Shown here piece after piece: positions 15,990 through 25,249 of a DNA stretch of 64,000 nucleotides. The DNA comes from an uncultured Pseudomonadales bacterium (lineage in GTDB: Bacteria; Patescibacteriota; Microgenomatia; UBA1400; PJMF01), in NCBI GenBank assembly GCA_964511345.1, contig CAZEEV010000002.1, positions 66,770-130,769 of the forward strand. Direction: 5' to 3'. The notes beneath the pieces are model-generated. The model did not search any database. It worked only from the letters and a program-made list of their open reading frames with translations, and was not told where the DNA came from. The position numbers and the translations under genes were made by a program. The first letter of the stretch is position 1, and each line of letters opens with the position of its first letter.

Positions 15990-18140
15990 CTATTTTGGTG
16001 GCTGATAATCATCAATATTGTAAACACCGTGTTGATCTGGTTGAAGAGCTTTTTCTTCTGATTCTCCAAAGATAGTCTTGATTTTAAACTCATTTTTTTG
16101 ATCTGCTTTAAGTGCTTGATCTGCTTTTTTGGTAGAATTTTCCAAAAGATCTTCTTCAATTTTTACGTCAGTACCTTGCCAAGGCATTTTAGTTGTTATT
16201 TGATCATTCTGATTTTTCTTAAAATCAAGACTGTTTTCTAAACGACGTTTTTTCAACTCTCTTACTTTTTGGTAACTTTCATAGCTTTCAGTTCTGAGAC
16301 TAGCTTCAGCGCTAAGGGCTTTTTTAGTCTCAATTTCATCTTTTTTCTTCAAAATTTCTTCTGGATTAGTAGTGATAACCTCGTGTTCTTCTTGAGAGGC
16401 AATTACCCTAAGTGCGACGTGATTCTGACCAGCAAAAAATATTCCTTCGCCAACATCTGAGGAAACCAATAGCTGTCTCTCACCTTCAGAAAGATAGAAA
16501 ACCTGAGTGAGAATTGGAATAGAAGCTGTGGACTGCTTCATTAAAAATTGAATAGAAGCGTTGGAAACAATGGCTTTGCCATAATCATTGCGCAAGAAAT
16601 CTTCCACGTCTTGAGTAATAGTGGTAATACCTAAATAATATTTACGAGCTCTTTTAACCATCGAATACACAAAAGCGGCACTATCAGGGTGCATCATAAA
16701 GTACCAAGCTTCATCAATAACTAAAATGCGTCTCTTCAAGTTCTTTTTTATTCTTGTCCAGATGAAATCAAGAATGACGTACATGGCAATTGGTCGCAAC
16801 GATTCTTCCATTTCTTTAACCGAAAAAACCGTAAATTGAGAACTAATGTCAATGTTGGAAGCTTGATTAAAAATTCCTCTAAAAGAACCAGTAATAAACT
16901 TTTCTAAGCGAGCTGCTAAATCATCACTTTCTTCTCTTTCCATGCCAATTAAAGTTTTATACAAATCTTCCATAAGTGGAGGAGTGTTCTTTTGTGTAGC
17001 TGGATCCGGCGTAATACCCTTGGATTTATAAGCGGCAATAATAGCACGATCGAGTAAGGCTTCTTGCTGAGGAGTCATTTCTCCAAGCATAACTTTTAGA
17101 AGTCCGTGAATGGAGAGAATTTTTTGCCCCAATTCATTTTCACCTTCTTCATAAATGCTAGATAAATCAAAAGGATTGATTTTAGCCTCTGAGCCAAAAG
17201 TGAAGTTAATATATTCGCCACCAACCATTTTACAAAGTTCTTCATACTCATGTTCTGGATCAAGCACAATTACTTCAGCATCAAACATTAGTTGACGCAA
17301 AATTTCCAACTTAACAGTGTAGGATTTACCAGCGCCAGACTTGGCAAATATTACCATATTGGCATTTTCCATTTTGAAACGATCAAAAATGACTAAGGAA
17401 TCATTGTGTTCATTAATTCCATAGACGATGCCGGTTTCCATGGTTAATTCAGAAGAGGTAAAAGGAAAAGTGGTGGCTAGAGAAGTAGTGTCCATATTTC
17501 TTACCACTGATAGGCGATCGACGCCCATGGGCAAAGTGGTTTTGAAGCCTTCATCCATTTGTAGAGCGGATTTTTTAGAGACGATCATTAAAGCCCCTAA
17601 AGTTCCCTGAATACTTTTAGTAATCTTGTCCAGCATTTCTTTGCTATCTGCCCTAACCGTAACATACAGGCCAAATTGGAAAAATCTTTCCGAACCAGCA
17701 GCCAGTTGTTCTCTCATGGTTCTGGCGTCGTTTAATTTGATTTCAGTATTAATATTACTGATTTTCCCAGATCTAATATCTGAAGTAATTTCTGCCTCCA
17801 TTTCAGTAATTTTTCTTTTCAAATTGTCTAAGATGTCACCAGTGTCAGACGGGAAAATAAACATTGAAATGTTAGCTTGATACGGATAATTGATTAAAGG
17901 AGATAGCCAGTTGGCTGGCACAGCTCTTGGATAGCCAGCAATAAATAAAGTACGAGTGTAAGTGGAATTGATTTTTTGGTAAGTAAAGTCAACCTCAATA
18001 GCTTCTGGAGCAATAATGTCTTGGATGGTTACTAGGCCACGAGAAAATTCGCTCAATTTTTCTTGAGTGTATTCTTCGACATTGATTTTGTTCTGATCGG
18101 TCGAAACAGTTGGTTTTTTCTTTCCAAAAAAATTTAACAT
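15990..18140 (-). CDS. virB4: T4SS ATPase VirB4 (Gram-positive TcpF/PrgJ/Tn916-Orf16-like)
   Basis: 716 aa. N-domain 'TYTRTLFIAGYPRAVPANWL', Walker A 'MVIFAKSGAGKSYT', and Walker B 'RRILVIDEAWYFMMH'. Confidence 0.8.
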   Translation of the reverse strand: MLNFFGKKKPTVSTDQNKINVEEYTQEKLSEFSRGLVTIQDIIAPEAIEVDFTYQKINSTYTRTLFIAGYPRAVPANWLSPLINYPYQANISMFIFPSDTGDILDNLKRKITEMEAEITSDIRSGKISNINTEIKLNDARTMREQLAAGSERFFQFGLYVTVRADSKEMLDKITKSIQGTLGALMIVSKKSALQMDEGFKTTLPMGVDRLSVVRNMDTTSLATTFPFTSSELTMETGIVYGINEHNDSLVIFDRFKMENANMVIFAKSGAGKSYTVKLEILRQLMFDAEVIVLDPEHEYEELCKMVGGEYINFTFGSEAKINPFDLSSIYEEGENELGQKILSIHGLLKVMLGEMTPQQEALLDRAIIAAYKSKGITPDPATQKNTPPLMEDLYKTLIGMEREESDDLAARLEKFITGSFRGIFNQASNIDISSQFTVFSVKEMEESLRPIAMYVILDFIWTRIKKNLKRRILVIDEAWYFMMHPDSAAFVYSMVKRARKYYLGITTITQDVEDFLRNDYGKAIVSNASIQFLMKQSTASIPILTQVFYLSEGERQLLVSSDVGEGIFFAGQNHVALRVIASQEEHEVITTNPEEILKKKDEIETKKALSAEASLRTESYESYQKVRELKKRRLENSLDFKKNQNDQITTKMPWQGTDVKIEEDLLENSTKKADQALKADQKNEFKIKTIFGESEEKALQPDQHGVYNIDDYQPPK

Positions 18141-18146
18141 ATTACA

Positions 18147-19517
18147 TTATAATTTGTTTGAAGTGTCTTGACTTTCTTCCGTAGTTGCTTGCTCTGGAAC
18201 TTGTTCAAACTGACTCTGTAAAGGAGCAATTTCTTCTGTAAAATCATTCTGTTCTTGAATTGGAGCTAGTCCTGGATTAGGTTCTGAAGTTGGCACTGGC
18301 GCTGATTCCAACTCTCGTTTCGCCTCCGATGTCGCCTCCGACGTCGTCGGTTCTGGAACAAGATTTGAATTTAAAGTCAAATTTACATCAGGAGACTGAC
18401 TTGGTTCTAAAGTTGTATTTAGAATCGACTCAGTAGTTGGTTCAGCAATTGGTTTGATGGTTGGCGTTGGTTCTAAAACAAGCTCAGGAGCTGGAACTTG
18501 ATTTATTGTTGTGTCTGGCACAGCTTCTAATATTGTAGCCTGAGTAGAATCAGCGGTGAAGTTTGGTGTTAAAACTGGCGCAGATTCTGGCGCAACTGTT
18601 AATTCTGGAATGGAATTTTGTTCCGAGTTCATCTCTGGAGCGATGATTGGACTACTATTAATAGTTGGGTCAGCATCAATAATTTGGTTGGCGTCAGTAG
18701 TTCGGTTAATATCAATATTACTATTAGGAATAGTGGATTCAATGTGGGCAACAATGGGTTCGGTGCTAGTAACAGTGGAACTCGGAGCTTCGCCGGTGAG
18801 CATTTCTTGAGGTGTTGGGTTTTGCATAATTTTTTCTCCAAAACTCGCCCTAACTAGGGAAGTCGTGTAATTTTCATTATTGCTGATTTCTTGTCCCTCA
18901 GCAGCTTCGGGATTGTAATTGATATAAAAATTTTGAATGATTTCTTGAGTGTTTAATTGTCTAGTGTAAAGTCCAAGACGATTAAATTGAGAGATTAGAT
19001 GATCTCGGCGAGGTTCTAGCAAATTGGCGGCTTTTTCCAAAATAATACTTTTTTCAATAGTATTGATGTCAAAAGTAGTTTTTCCAGGCAAAACATTAGT
19101 AGGGGTAATTAAACCCATCTCGGCTGGACTGGCGGGAATTGTAACGTAAAAACGTTTTTCCAAAACATTTCTTTCTTTAATTAAAGTAGCAACAAAATCA
19201 CGATATTGTTTAATAAGATTGGCTTTTCTATCCGAGCTGGCTTTTTGTATTTGCTCATCAAGCAAGCGCAGGTATTTAGTAACGTCTTTGGTTTGTGATT
19301 GAATGCTAATTTGGATAGGGTAGTTAAGAGAATTAAGTAAAGACCCATAGGTAAACATAATGGCGTCTTGTTCTTGCTCAGCTAGAAGACTGAAATTCAT
19401 TGTGCCGACCTGGAGGATAATGGAGGCGGTACCATCTTTGAGAAGAATAGTATTATTAACAATGTCGTAAACATCAAGAAATTCTTGCGTAGTGGAACTA
19501 ATGACTTTTTCGCTCAT
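18147..19517 (-). CDS. T4SS-associated protein: N-terminal ~230-aa domain resembling the VirB4/TrbE N-terminal domain, followed by a ~225-aa disordered Pro/Thr/Ser/Glu-rich tail
   Basis: 'ILLKDGTASIILQVGTMNFSLLAEQEQDAIMF' parallels the CagE/TrbE/VirB4 N-domain pattern. The C-terminal half is low complexity (PEPTTSE…). It lies 6 nt upstream of virB4. Confidence 0.35.
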   Translation of the reverse strand: MSEKVISSTTQEFLDVYDIVNNTILLKDGTASIILQVGTMNFSLLAEQEQDAIMFTYGSLLNSLNYPIQISIQSQTKDVTKYLRLLDEQIQKASSDRKANLIKQYRDFVATLIKERNVLEKRFYVTIPASPAEMGLITPTNVLPGKTTFDINTIEKSIILEKAANLLEPRRDHLISQFNRLGLYTRQLNTQEIIQNFYINYNPEAAEGQEISNNENYTTSLVRASFGEKIMQNPTPQEMLTGEAPSSTVTSTEPIVAHIESTIPNSNIDINRTTDANQIIDADPTINSSPIIAPEMNSEQNSIPELTVAPESAPVLTPNFTADSTQATILEAVPDTTINQVPAPELVLEPTPTIKPIAEPTTESILNTTLEPSQSPDVNLTLNSNLVPEPTTSEATSEAKRELESAPVPTSEPNPGLAPIQEQNDFTEEIAPLQSQFEQVPEQATTEESQDTSNKL

Positions 19518-19542
19518 GAGCTGAGATATAGTGTACTAAATT

Positions 19543-20400
19543 TTAGGGCTTGATTACAAGGGGATTGATTTGCTGACCATTCAACTCGACTGTCATTTTT
19601 GGAAAAACGAGATCATCTTTTTCTACAGTGATTTGGTAACTGCCGTTTTCCAAGGGTCGATCGGTCAAGAATTTGCCATCCTGATCACTTTTCAAAACTC
19701 TTACTGTTTGCTGATTTTGATCCTTAATTTCTACGATGGCATGACCAATTTTGTGTTCACTTTTATCAATGATGGTGCCGGCAATTTGGTTTGGCAATAG
19801 CTTTTGTTCTTCACTAATTTCTTTAGGTAGTTTGAGCTTGCGCACTCTAGTTTGTAAATTGGGCTTTTCTTGTTCTGAGTTTTCTATGCTAATTTCACTT
19901 TGTTGCACTTCTACGTTATCAAACTCGTTTAGAACGGCATTGATTTTTTGATTTTCAGCTAAGTCAAATTGATCCTGACTTTTTTCACTGTCGGGAATAC
20001 TTTTGAGATATTCAAAAATACGCTGTTTGCGTGCAGGATTTAAATTAATATCTGGAGCGAAAAAATCTTCGCGAGTAGAGGTGATTTTATAATTAAAAAA
20101 ATCTGGAATTTTATTTGATTTTTTCCAGAAAAACTTAGTAGGTTTATAAATATTTTGGAAAAAAGTTTTGATCCAATGGTCAAGTGGTCTTTCTTCAACT
20201 GGCACAAAAGCAATTGCTGCTCCAAGTCCAACAATAGTAAAAACCAGTGGCCATTTTACGATGCCAATGAGATTTGTTTTATAAATAATGAAAGCCAAGA
20301 CAGCTGCTACGGCTAATTCGGCAAACTGCTTAAGAGTCATGCTTCCTACGAGATGAAACTTATAGTTGGTGATATCTTGCGGAATAGGGTGTTGTTTCAT
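19543..20400 (-). CDS. PrgI/VirB3-like T4SS membrane protein with C-terminal carboxypeptidase-regulatory-like beta domain
   Basis: N-terminus 'YKFHLVGSMTLKQFAELAVAAVLAFII…WPLVFTIVGLGAAIAFVPVEERPLDHWIKTFF' follows the PrgI-family two-TM pattern. The C-terminus 'GTIIDKSEHKIGHAIVEIKDQNQQTVRVLKSDQDGKFLTD…GSYQITV' resembles a CarboxypepD_reg fold. Confidence 0.5.
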   Translation of the reverse strand: MKQHPIPQDITNYKFHLVGSMTLKQFAELAVAAVLAFIIYKTNLIGIVKWPLVFTIVGLGAAIAFVPVEERPLDHWIKTFFQNIYKPTKFFWKKSNKIPDFFNYKITSTREDFFAPDINLNPARKQRIFEYLKSIPDSEKSQDQFDLAENQKINAVLNEFDNVEVQQSEISIENSEQEKPNLQTRVRKLKLPKEISEEQKLLPNQIAGTIIDKSEHKIGHAIVEIKDQNQQTVRVLKSDQDGKFLTDRPLENGSYQITVEKDDLVFPKMTVELNGQQINPLVIKP

Positions 20401-20448
20401 GACTTATTCCATTTTAGCAGAAAAAGCAAAGCCTTGTTTGTGCTAGAC

Positions 20449-21462
20449 TTATTTCTCTATAGCACTGGCTACGGCCGGAGTGATGATTTCTGCCTGAATA
20501 TTGATGCCGGCAGAATTAGTTAGCTTGCCGCGAAATTTGTAAAATGGATAAGCGATCTTTAGATTGCTGTCGTAGCGATATTCAATTTCTACTGAGTACA
20601 AATTAGCCTCATCAATCCAATTCAAATCAATGACCTCAACTATTTCACTGCTAGCATTGATAATAGAAGCATTGCCTTTCTTTATGTTGTTTATCGCTTG
20701 ATTAATAGATATAGCAGGCAATTGTTTGGAAATTTGAAATTCTTGGAAAAAATCACGGAAATTAACTCTTTTTAAATTGTAAAAATTATCAACTCGACAA
20801 AAAAATGGATAATCATTTTGGTTTTCATAAAAAACTTTATAACCATCAAGCTCATAAGTCAGAGGAATTTGTGCAAAAGTAGCTCTATTTTCATCAATTA
20901 TATTTTGCTCAAAGCCAGAATCTAAATAAATAATACTGTCTTTTTGTACCACTAAAGGCACTAATATATTGTATTTGCTATAAAAATTTTGGCAAACTTC
21001 GATAGCTGAGTCAGTGATAATTTTTAAATTGTTTTCACCTTCATTTTTTACTCCACTATTAAAAGTATAATAGTGTTCGTAATTATTTTTTGCTAAAGCA
21101 TGATTCTCACCAAGCCAATAATTTTCTATATTAGAATCTTTGTTTAGTTGATATTCAATAATTAATTTATTAGCCAACTCATCTGCCAAACCAGATGTAT
21201 TTTGAGCTTGGTAAATATTAAAAAATTCTGGAACAGCAATTTCCGTACCGCTAAAATCAATTTTTTTAAAAGTGCTTTGAGTGTTGTCATAATTATTAAC
21301 AACAAAGTCATTAGCAATGATTTTCTCTTCGACGGGTGTGATAATTTTGAAAATAACTGATAGAAGTAAAGCTCCTAGTATTAAAATCCCCAAAAATAAA
21401 AGAAAATTATTTTTTTTCTTTACGGGTTGATTTGTTTTAGGTGTGCTGTTGTTCATAATCAA
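20449..21462 (-). CDS. Bitopic membrane protein (N-terminal TM + ~290-aa external domain); VirB8/TcpC-like candidate
   Basis: Single N-terminal TM 'FLLFLGILILGALLLSVIF'. Size and position (between the hydrolase-like giant and the PrgI-like gene) match TcpC/Orf13-type VirB8 analogs. No sequence motif to confirm. Confidence 0.3.
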   Translation of the reverse strand: MIMNNSTPKTNQPVKKKNNFLLFLGILILGALLLSVIFKIITPVEEKIIANDFVVNNYDNTQSTFKKIDFSGTEIAVPEFFNIYQAQNTSGLADELANKLIIEYQLNKDSNIENYWLGENHALAKNNYEHYYTFNSGVKNEGENNLKIITDSAIEVCQNFYSKYNILVPLVVQKDSIIYLDSGFEQNIIDENRATFAQIPLTYELDGYKVFYENQNDYPFFCRVDNFYNLKRVNFRDFFQEFQISKQLPAISINQAINNIKKGNASIINASSEIVEVIDLNWIDEANLYSVEIEYRYDSNLKIAYPFYKFRGKLTNSAGINIQAEIITPAVASAIEK

Positions 21463-21468
21463 AAATAA

Positions 21469-24400
21469 TTAATAACAAGTCGTCACGCCCTGTCCATATT
21501 TTGGAGGATAGTTGCCGCCATCATCTTCTGGTACAAGGGTTTCAATAATAGAAAGTCCTGGATTATTAGCCATATAGAAAACTCCGTTATGAGCAGCTCC
21601 GTAATGCAGATGAACTCCATCTGAAAACCCCTTATTGCCCATTAAGCCAATCATAAACCCAGCCTCGACCTGCATACATTGATTCGGAGTGCTCAAACTA
21701 GGGTTCGGTTCTTCGAAGTGTAAAAACTGTATCTTTTGCGTTGTGCCGCCATTTTCGAAACTTAACACATAAAAACATCCCTCGCTTCCTCCACATCCCC
21801 CAAAACATAGATTTCCATCAAATGGAACATAAACTGGAGGACCGTAAAGTGCAGCCTCACCGCAACCGTTACAACCAATATCATAAGCATCCATAAAACT
21901 TAGGCCCGGTGGTTTGGAATGAGAATAATCACCATAAGGCATTTGAGATATGTGACCAGTAGCTGGCCAACACCCTGCGTCGCCTCCGCATTCACCCAAA
22001 CAAACCCTAGCGGCCGTAATGACGTTATCTGTGCCTGCCATGAAAGAATTTTGATAATAAAAATTTACCTCAATAGTGTTAAGAATAGCAGTGTTGTTGT
22101 AGTTACTACTCAGATCATCCAGGGTGTAAGTAAAAGTTAGGCTTTCTCCAGCTGGAATAATGATAAATTCGCCACCTCCAGTTTGAAAACTTGCTTCTGC
22201 AGCATCGGCATCAGTTTCTTCCTCATTTCCTGGCGCGTAACTGAGAAGGGGAGATATTTTTAGAGGCTCGCTGCTAAGCCCAACTTGTTCTTTGATGAGA
22301 TTTTGAAAATAATCGAAACCCAACTCTTTACTGCTGTCTATGCTGGGCATGGCTTGTCCGCTTTCTTCCCAACCTTTAGAACTTTGACCAAATTTAATTT
22401 GATCTTTAATATTGCTAATCTGTAAAGAAAAATCTTCTTTTGGTTTAATGGTGACGGTATATTCGATGGAAAGCGGAAATGAAGGTGAAGTACACTTAGC
22501 ACCTTCATTTTCTAAACCAATACAGCCTTTGGTGATTTTAGCTGTCTTTTCAATCGAAGCATACTTGGAGGTTTTTTCAATTGAATTGGTAATTTCTGAT
22601 TCACTAATTGGAAAATCCGTCAAAAAAGCTGAATTAAGACTGGCTTGTTGAAGAATAAAAAACAAAGCCGTGGTGCCAAAAGCAGCAGCTACTGCTTGGC
22701 TGGCAGTAACCATAGCTGAAGATGCAAATTGACTAAAAAAACCTCCGTTAGTTGGTGTTGTTTGAGAGATCACTTTGCTTTGGTTTTGTAAAGTTGCCTG
22801 ACCTCCAACGGGGGTCTGTGTGATTGTGGCTCCGCTGGCTCCACCAATAGTGTGAGTTGCCTTGCCAGCTCCCCAAATAGCATTTTTAGCACCACCACCC
22901 CCTCCGAAAATATTACGGAAAAACAAGACAGCTGGTAAAGCTAAAATTAGCCATGGTAGCATAGCTGCCAGCGCAGCAAAAATGGCACCTAGTACCAGGA
23001 TTGGCCAATTTTTTTTGACCCACTCTAGAACTTTTTCTAAACCCATTTCTATCAACTGTTCTTTGAGTTTTTTAATGATAGGCGCAGCAGCCTCTGCTGC
23101 TTTCAAAGCTTGACCCCAACCACCAGCTGCATCCAAAGCCATATAGAGGCCCTGGCTCAATGCTTTAGTGGCGAGTTTTTTACCTTGCTGACCAAGAGCA
23201 CTGTCCATCAAGCCAGTGCCTTGATAATTTCCTTGTGGATTGAAGGCTTGCTGCATGAAACCGCCACCATTAGCGTCAAAAGCACCCTCGCCAAAATTCT
23301 CTGCCATCTGCAGCATGTAGAGATCCATGGGATTGATCTGCGGGGCAATCTGATCTTGGAAAGTAACAATGTCGTATGTTTCATAGGTGACGCCAGGATT
23401 GTAGAACTCAAAGTAAATTTTGAGAGTGCTTTGTTGTTCGGCGCCAGATAATTTGCTTAATTCTTGGGTCAAAAATTTTTCTAATAGAGCCGCTTGCTGG
23501 CTTTGCCACTCTTGCATTTCTTGACTGCTTGCTCCGACTCTGCCATATAACTCATTGGTAATTTGTCCACCACCATAAGTCAAATTAAGAATGCCTAGGT
23601 TACGTAATTGAGCAAGTTTTTGTGGATCTTTTTGGATTTCTGCTAGTAATTTCTGAGCCTCTTCTGGAGTATATTTTTCAAGAGCGATTTCTTGACGAAC
23701 CTCTAGCGACCAAAGAGCTCGCTTACGTTTCCAATAGAAAATAATTAGATTGGCAAGTTCTTCTTTGTGAGCATCAAAAGCAGCTTTGTCTAGACTATTA
23801 CCAAAAATGTTAACAAATCTGTTGTAATCAAAATTTTTTGGATCGGAAATTAAAAATTCTGGCGGAAGGCCTTGCTGAATAAAAACTTCAATCAGCGGGC
23901 GCACATTGTCTATAACCAATTTTATTCTAGAATTGTCTTGATAACCAGTAATTTCTGCGATTTTTTTGGAAAAAACCTCATCTAGGTATTGTTCGTTGCC
24001 AACGACATTGAGTTCTGATTCAATCGCTTTGACAAAGTTTGGGTCAACTTTGCTTTCTTCGATCATTTGTTGAGCTGTTTCACTGTTTAAGTTTTCGTCT
24101 TTAGATTTTTCATTTTCTCGTAGCTTCTGCTCGCCATATTTAGCGATGTCGCGCACCGCGCTATTGAGCAAATTCAGGCCATAGACATCCATTAATAAGC
24201 CAAAAGCTGCCTGATTACTAAAATTAATTCTTTGTGATGGATCACTGATTAATTTATCCAGGGAAAATTGTCCTGTGAGGAGCAAATTTTCTACCTGTGA
24301 AAAAGCCCGATCCATTAATTTTTGTCTGATAGCTAATGGCAATTGGTCGAAGGTGACAACTGTACCAGGTGGCAAACCAATTTTTGCCAGCGAAGCCTCA

Positions 24401-25188
24401 TTAAAATATTTGCTTAAAGCTTGATTAATAGTGATAATCGAAAGCGATTGAAGATAAAGTCTGGATTGAGGATCGAGCTCAGCGATTTTGAGAGGGGCTT
24501 TGTCGTCTGGAGGCTTTTGATCTTTATTTCTTTGGGTTTCTTGTTTTTTATGGTCTTGATCTTGCTGTTTTTTATCTTTATCTGTTTGTGGTATAGGTAA
24601 ACCAAAACCTCCACCTCCATCACCGCTAGAACTAACTTCATCTTGTTTTTCTTCCTCAATTTTTAGTTCTTCAGAACCAATACTTGGTTTGAGAATTAGA
24701 TAAATTAACTTAATTCTATCAACGATTCTTCTTGAATAATCAAAGTATTCAATTTTTTGCAATTCTTCTACGGTAATTTTTTCACTGGCTGGATTGACAC
24801 CAATGAGTGTAAATGTACTACCTAATTTATCCAATTCTTGTCGCTGGACTGAATCCAAAGAAATGTTTTTACTACTCAGTGAAGTGCGGATTTGCTCGAT
24901 AAAATTAACTAGATCAGAAAGAAATAAGTATGGAACTTTACCTCTTGGCGGAGCAACGCCATCTAAAATGTCTTGAGCAGTGCTTAAATCAAACTCTCCT
25001 CCATAGCTAAAACCCTCAATGGCAAATTCACCCTTAACTTTTTTGTCACCAGCTGATTCGGCGTAAAAATTAGTAATCCAATTGGCACTTTTCTGCAAAA
25101 TTTCATTGATTTGTACAGCACTAAGACTATCGACGCCAGCTAATTTTTTTAGCTCAATTCGAGTATTTTGATTAATGTCTTCTGGCAT
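21469..25188 (-). CDS. 1239-aa membrane protein with Gly-rich TM region and C-terminal Cys-rich M23-peptidase-like domain (candidate T4SS cell-wall hydrolase, VirB1/TcpG/PrgK analog)
   Basis: C-terminus '…MDAYDIG…GPPVYVPFDGNL…GFMIGLMGNKGFSDGVHLHYGAAHNGVFYMANNPGLSI' parallels the M23 motifs (compare '[31 protein letters not shown]' in the LysM-M23 gene at 50527). Mid-protein TM helices are present. First gene of the minus-strand operon. Confidence 0.45.
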   Translation of the reverse strand: MPEDINQNTRIELKKLAGVDSLSAVQINEILQKSANWITNFYAESAGDKKVKGEFAIEGFSYGGEFDLSTAQDILDGVAPPRGKVPYLFLSDLVNFIEQIRTSLSSKNISLDSVQRQELDKLGSTFTLIGVNPASEKITVEELQKIEYFDYSRRIVDRIKLIYLILKPSIGSEELKIEEEKQDEVSSSGDGGGGFGLPIPQTDKDKKQQDQDHKKQETQRNKDQKPPDDKAPLKIAELDPQSRLYLQSLSIITINQALSKYFNEASLAKIGLPPGTVVTFDQLPLAIRQKLMDRAFSQVENLLLTGQFSLDKLISDPSQRINFSNQAAFGLLMDVYGLNLLNSAVRDIAKYGEQKLRENEKSKDENLNSETAQQMIEESKVDPNFVKAIESELNVVGNEQYLDEVFSKKIAEITGYQDNSRIKLVIDNVRPLIEVFIQQGLPPEFLISDPKNFDYNRFVNIFGNSLDKAAFDAHKEELANLIIFYWKRKRALWSLEVRQEIALEKYTPEEAQKLLAEIQKDPQKLAQLRNLGILNLTYGGGQITNELYGRVGASSQEMQEWQSQQAALLEKFLTQELSKLSGAEQQSTLKIYFEFYNPGVTYETYDIVTFQDQIAPQINPMDLYMLQMAENFGEGAFDANGGGFMQQAFNPQGNYQGTGLMDSALGQQGKKLATKALSQGLYMALDAAGGWGQALKAAEAAAPIIKKLKEQLIEMGLEKVLEWVKKNWPILVLGAIFAALAAMLPWLILALPAVLFFRNIFGGGGGAKNAIWGAGKATHTIGGASGATITQTPVGGQATLQNQSKVISQTTPTNGGFFSQFASSAMVTASQAVAAAFGTTALFFILQQASLNSAFLTDFPISESEITNSIEKTSKYASIEKTAKITKGCIGLENEGAKCTSPSFPLSIEYTVTIKPKEDFSLQISNIKDQIKFGQSSKGWEESGQAMPSIDSSKELGFDYFQNLIKEQVGLSSEPLKISPLLSYAPGNEEETDADAAEASFQTGGGEFIIIPAGESLTFTYTLDDLSSNYNNTAILNTIEVNFYYQNSFMAGTDNVITAARVCLGECGGDAGCWPATGHISQMPYGDYSHSKPPGLSFMDAYDIGCNGCGEAALYGPPVYVPFDGNLCFGGCGGSEGCFYVLSFENGGTTQKIQFLHFEEPNPSLSTPNQCMQVEAGFMIGLMGNKGFSDGVHLHYGAAHNGVFYMANNPGLSIIETLVPEDDGGNYPPKYGQGVTTCY

Positions 25189-25249
25189 TGATTGACTTTA
25201 TTATAACTTGGCAATTAATTAGTTAAAAGCTCAATAGGATTTTAATTTA

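Noticed and set aside
18147-19517. Reading the 456-aa ORF plus the 716-aa VirB4 as one gene split by a frameshift
   Set aside because: The upstream ORF ends with ~225 aa of PST-rich low complexity rather than running into VirB4 sequence. The 716-aa product already has a complete Gram-positive-type VirB4 N-domain. Two separate genes is more likely.
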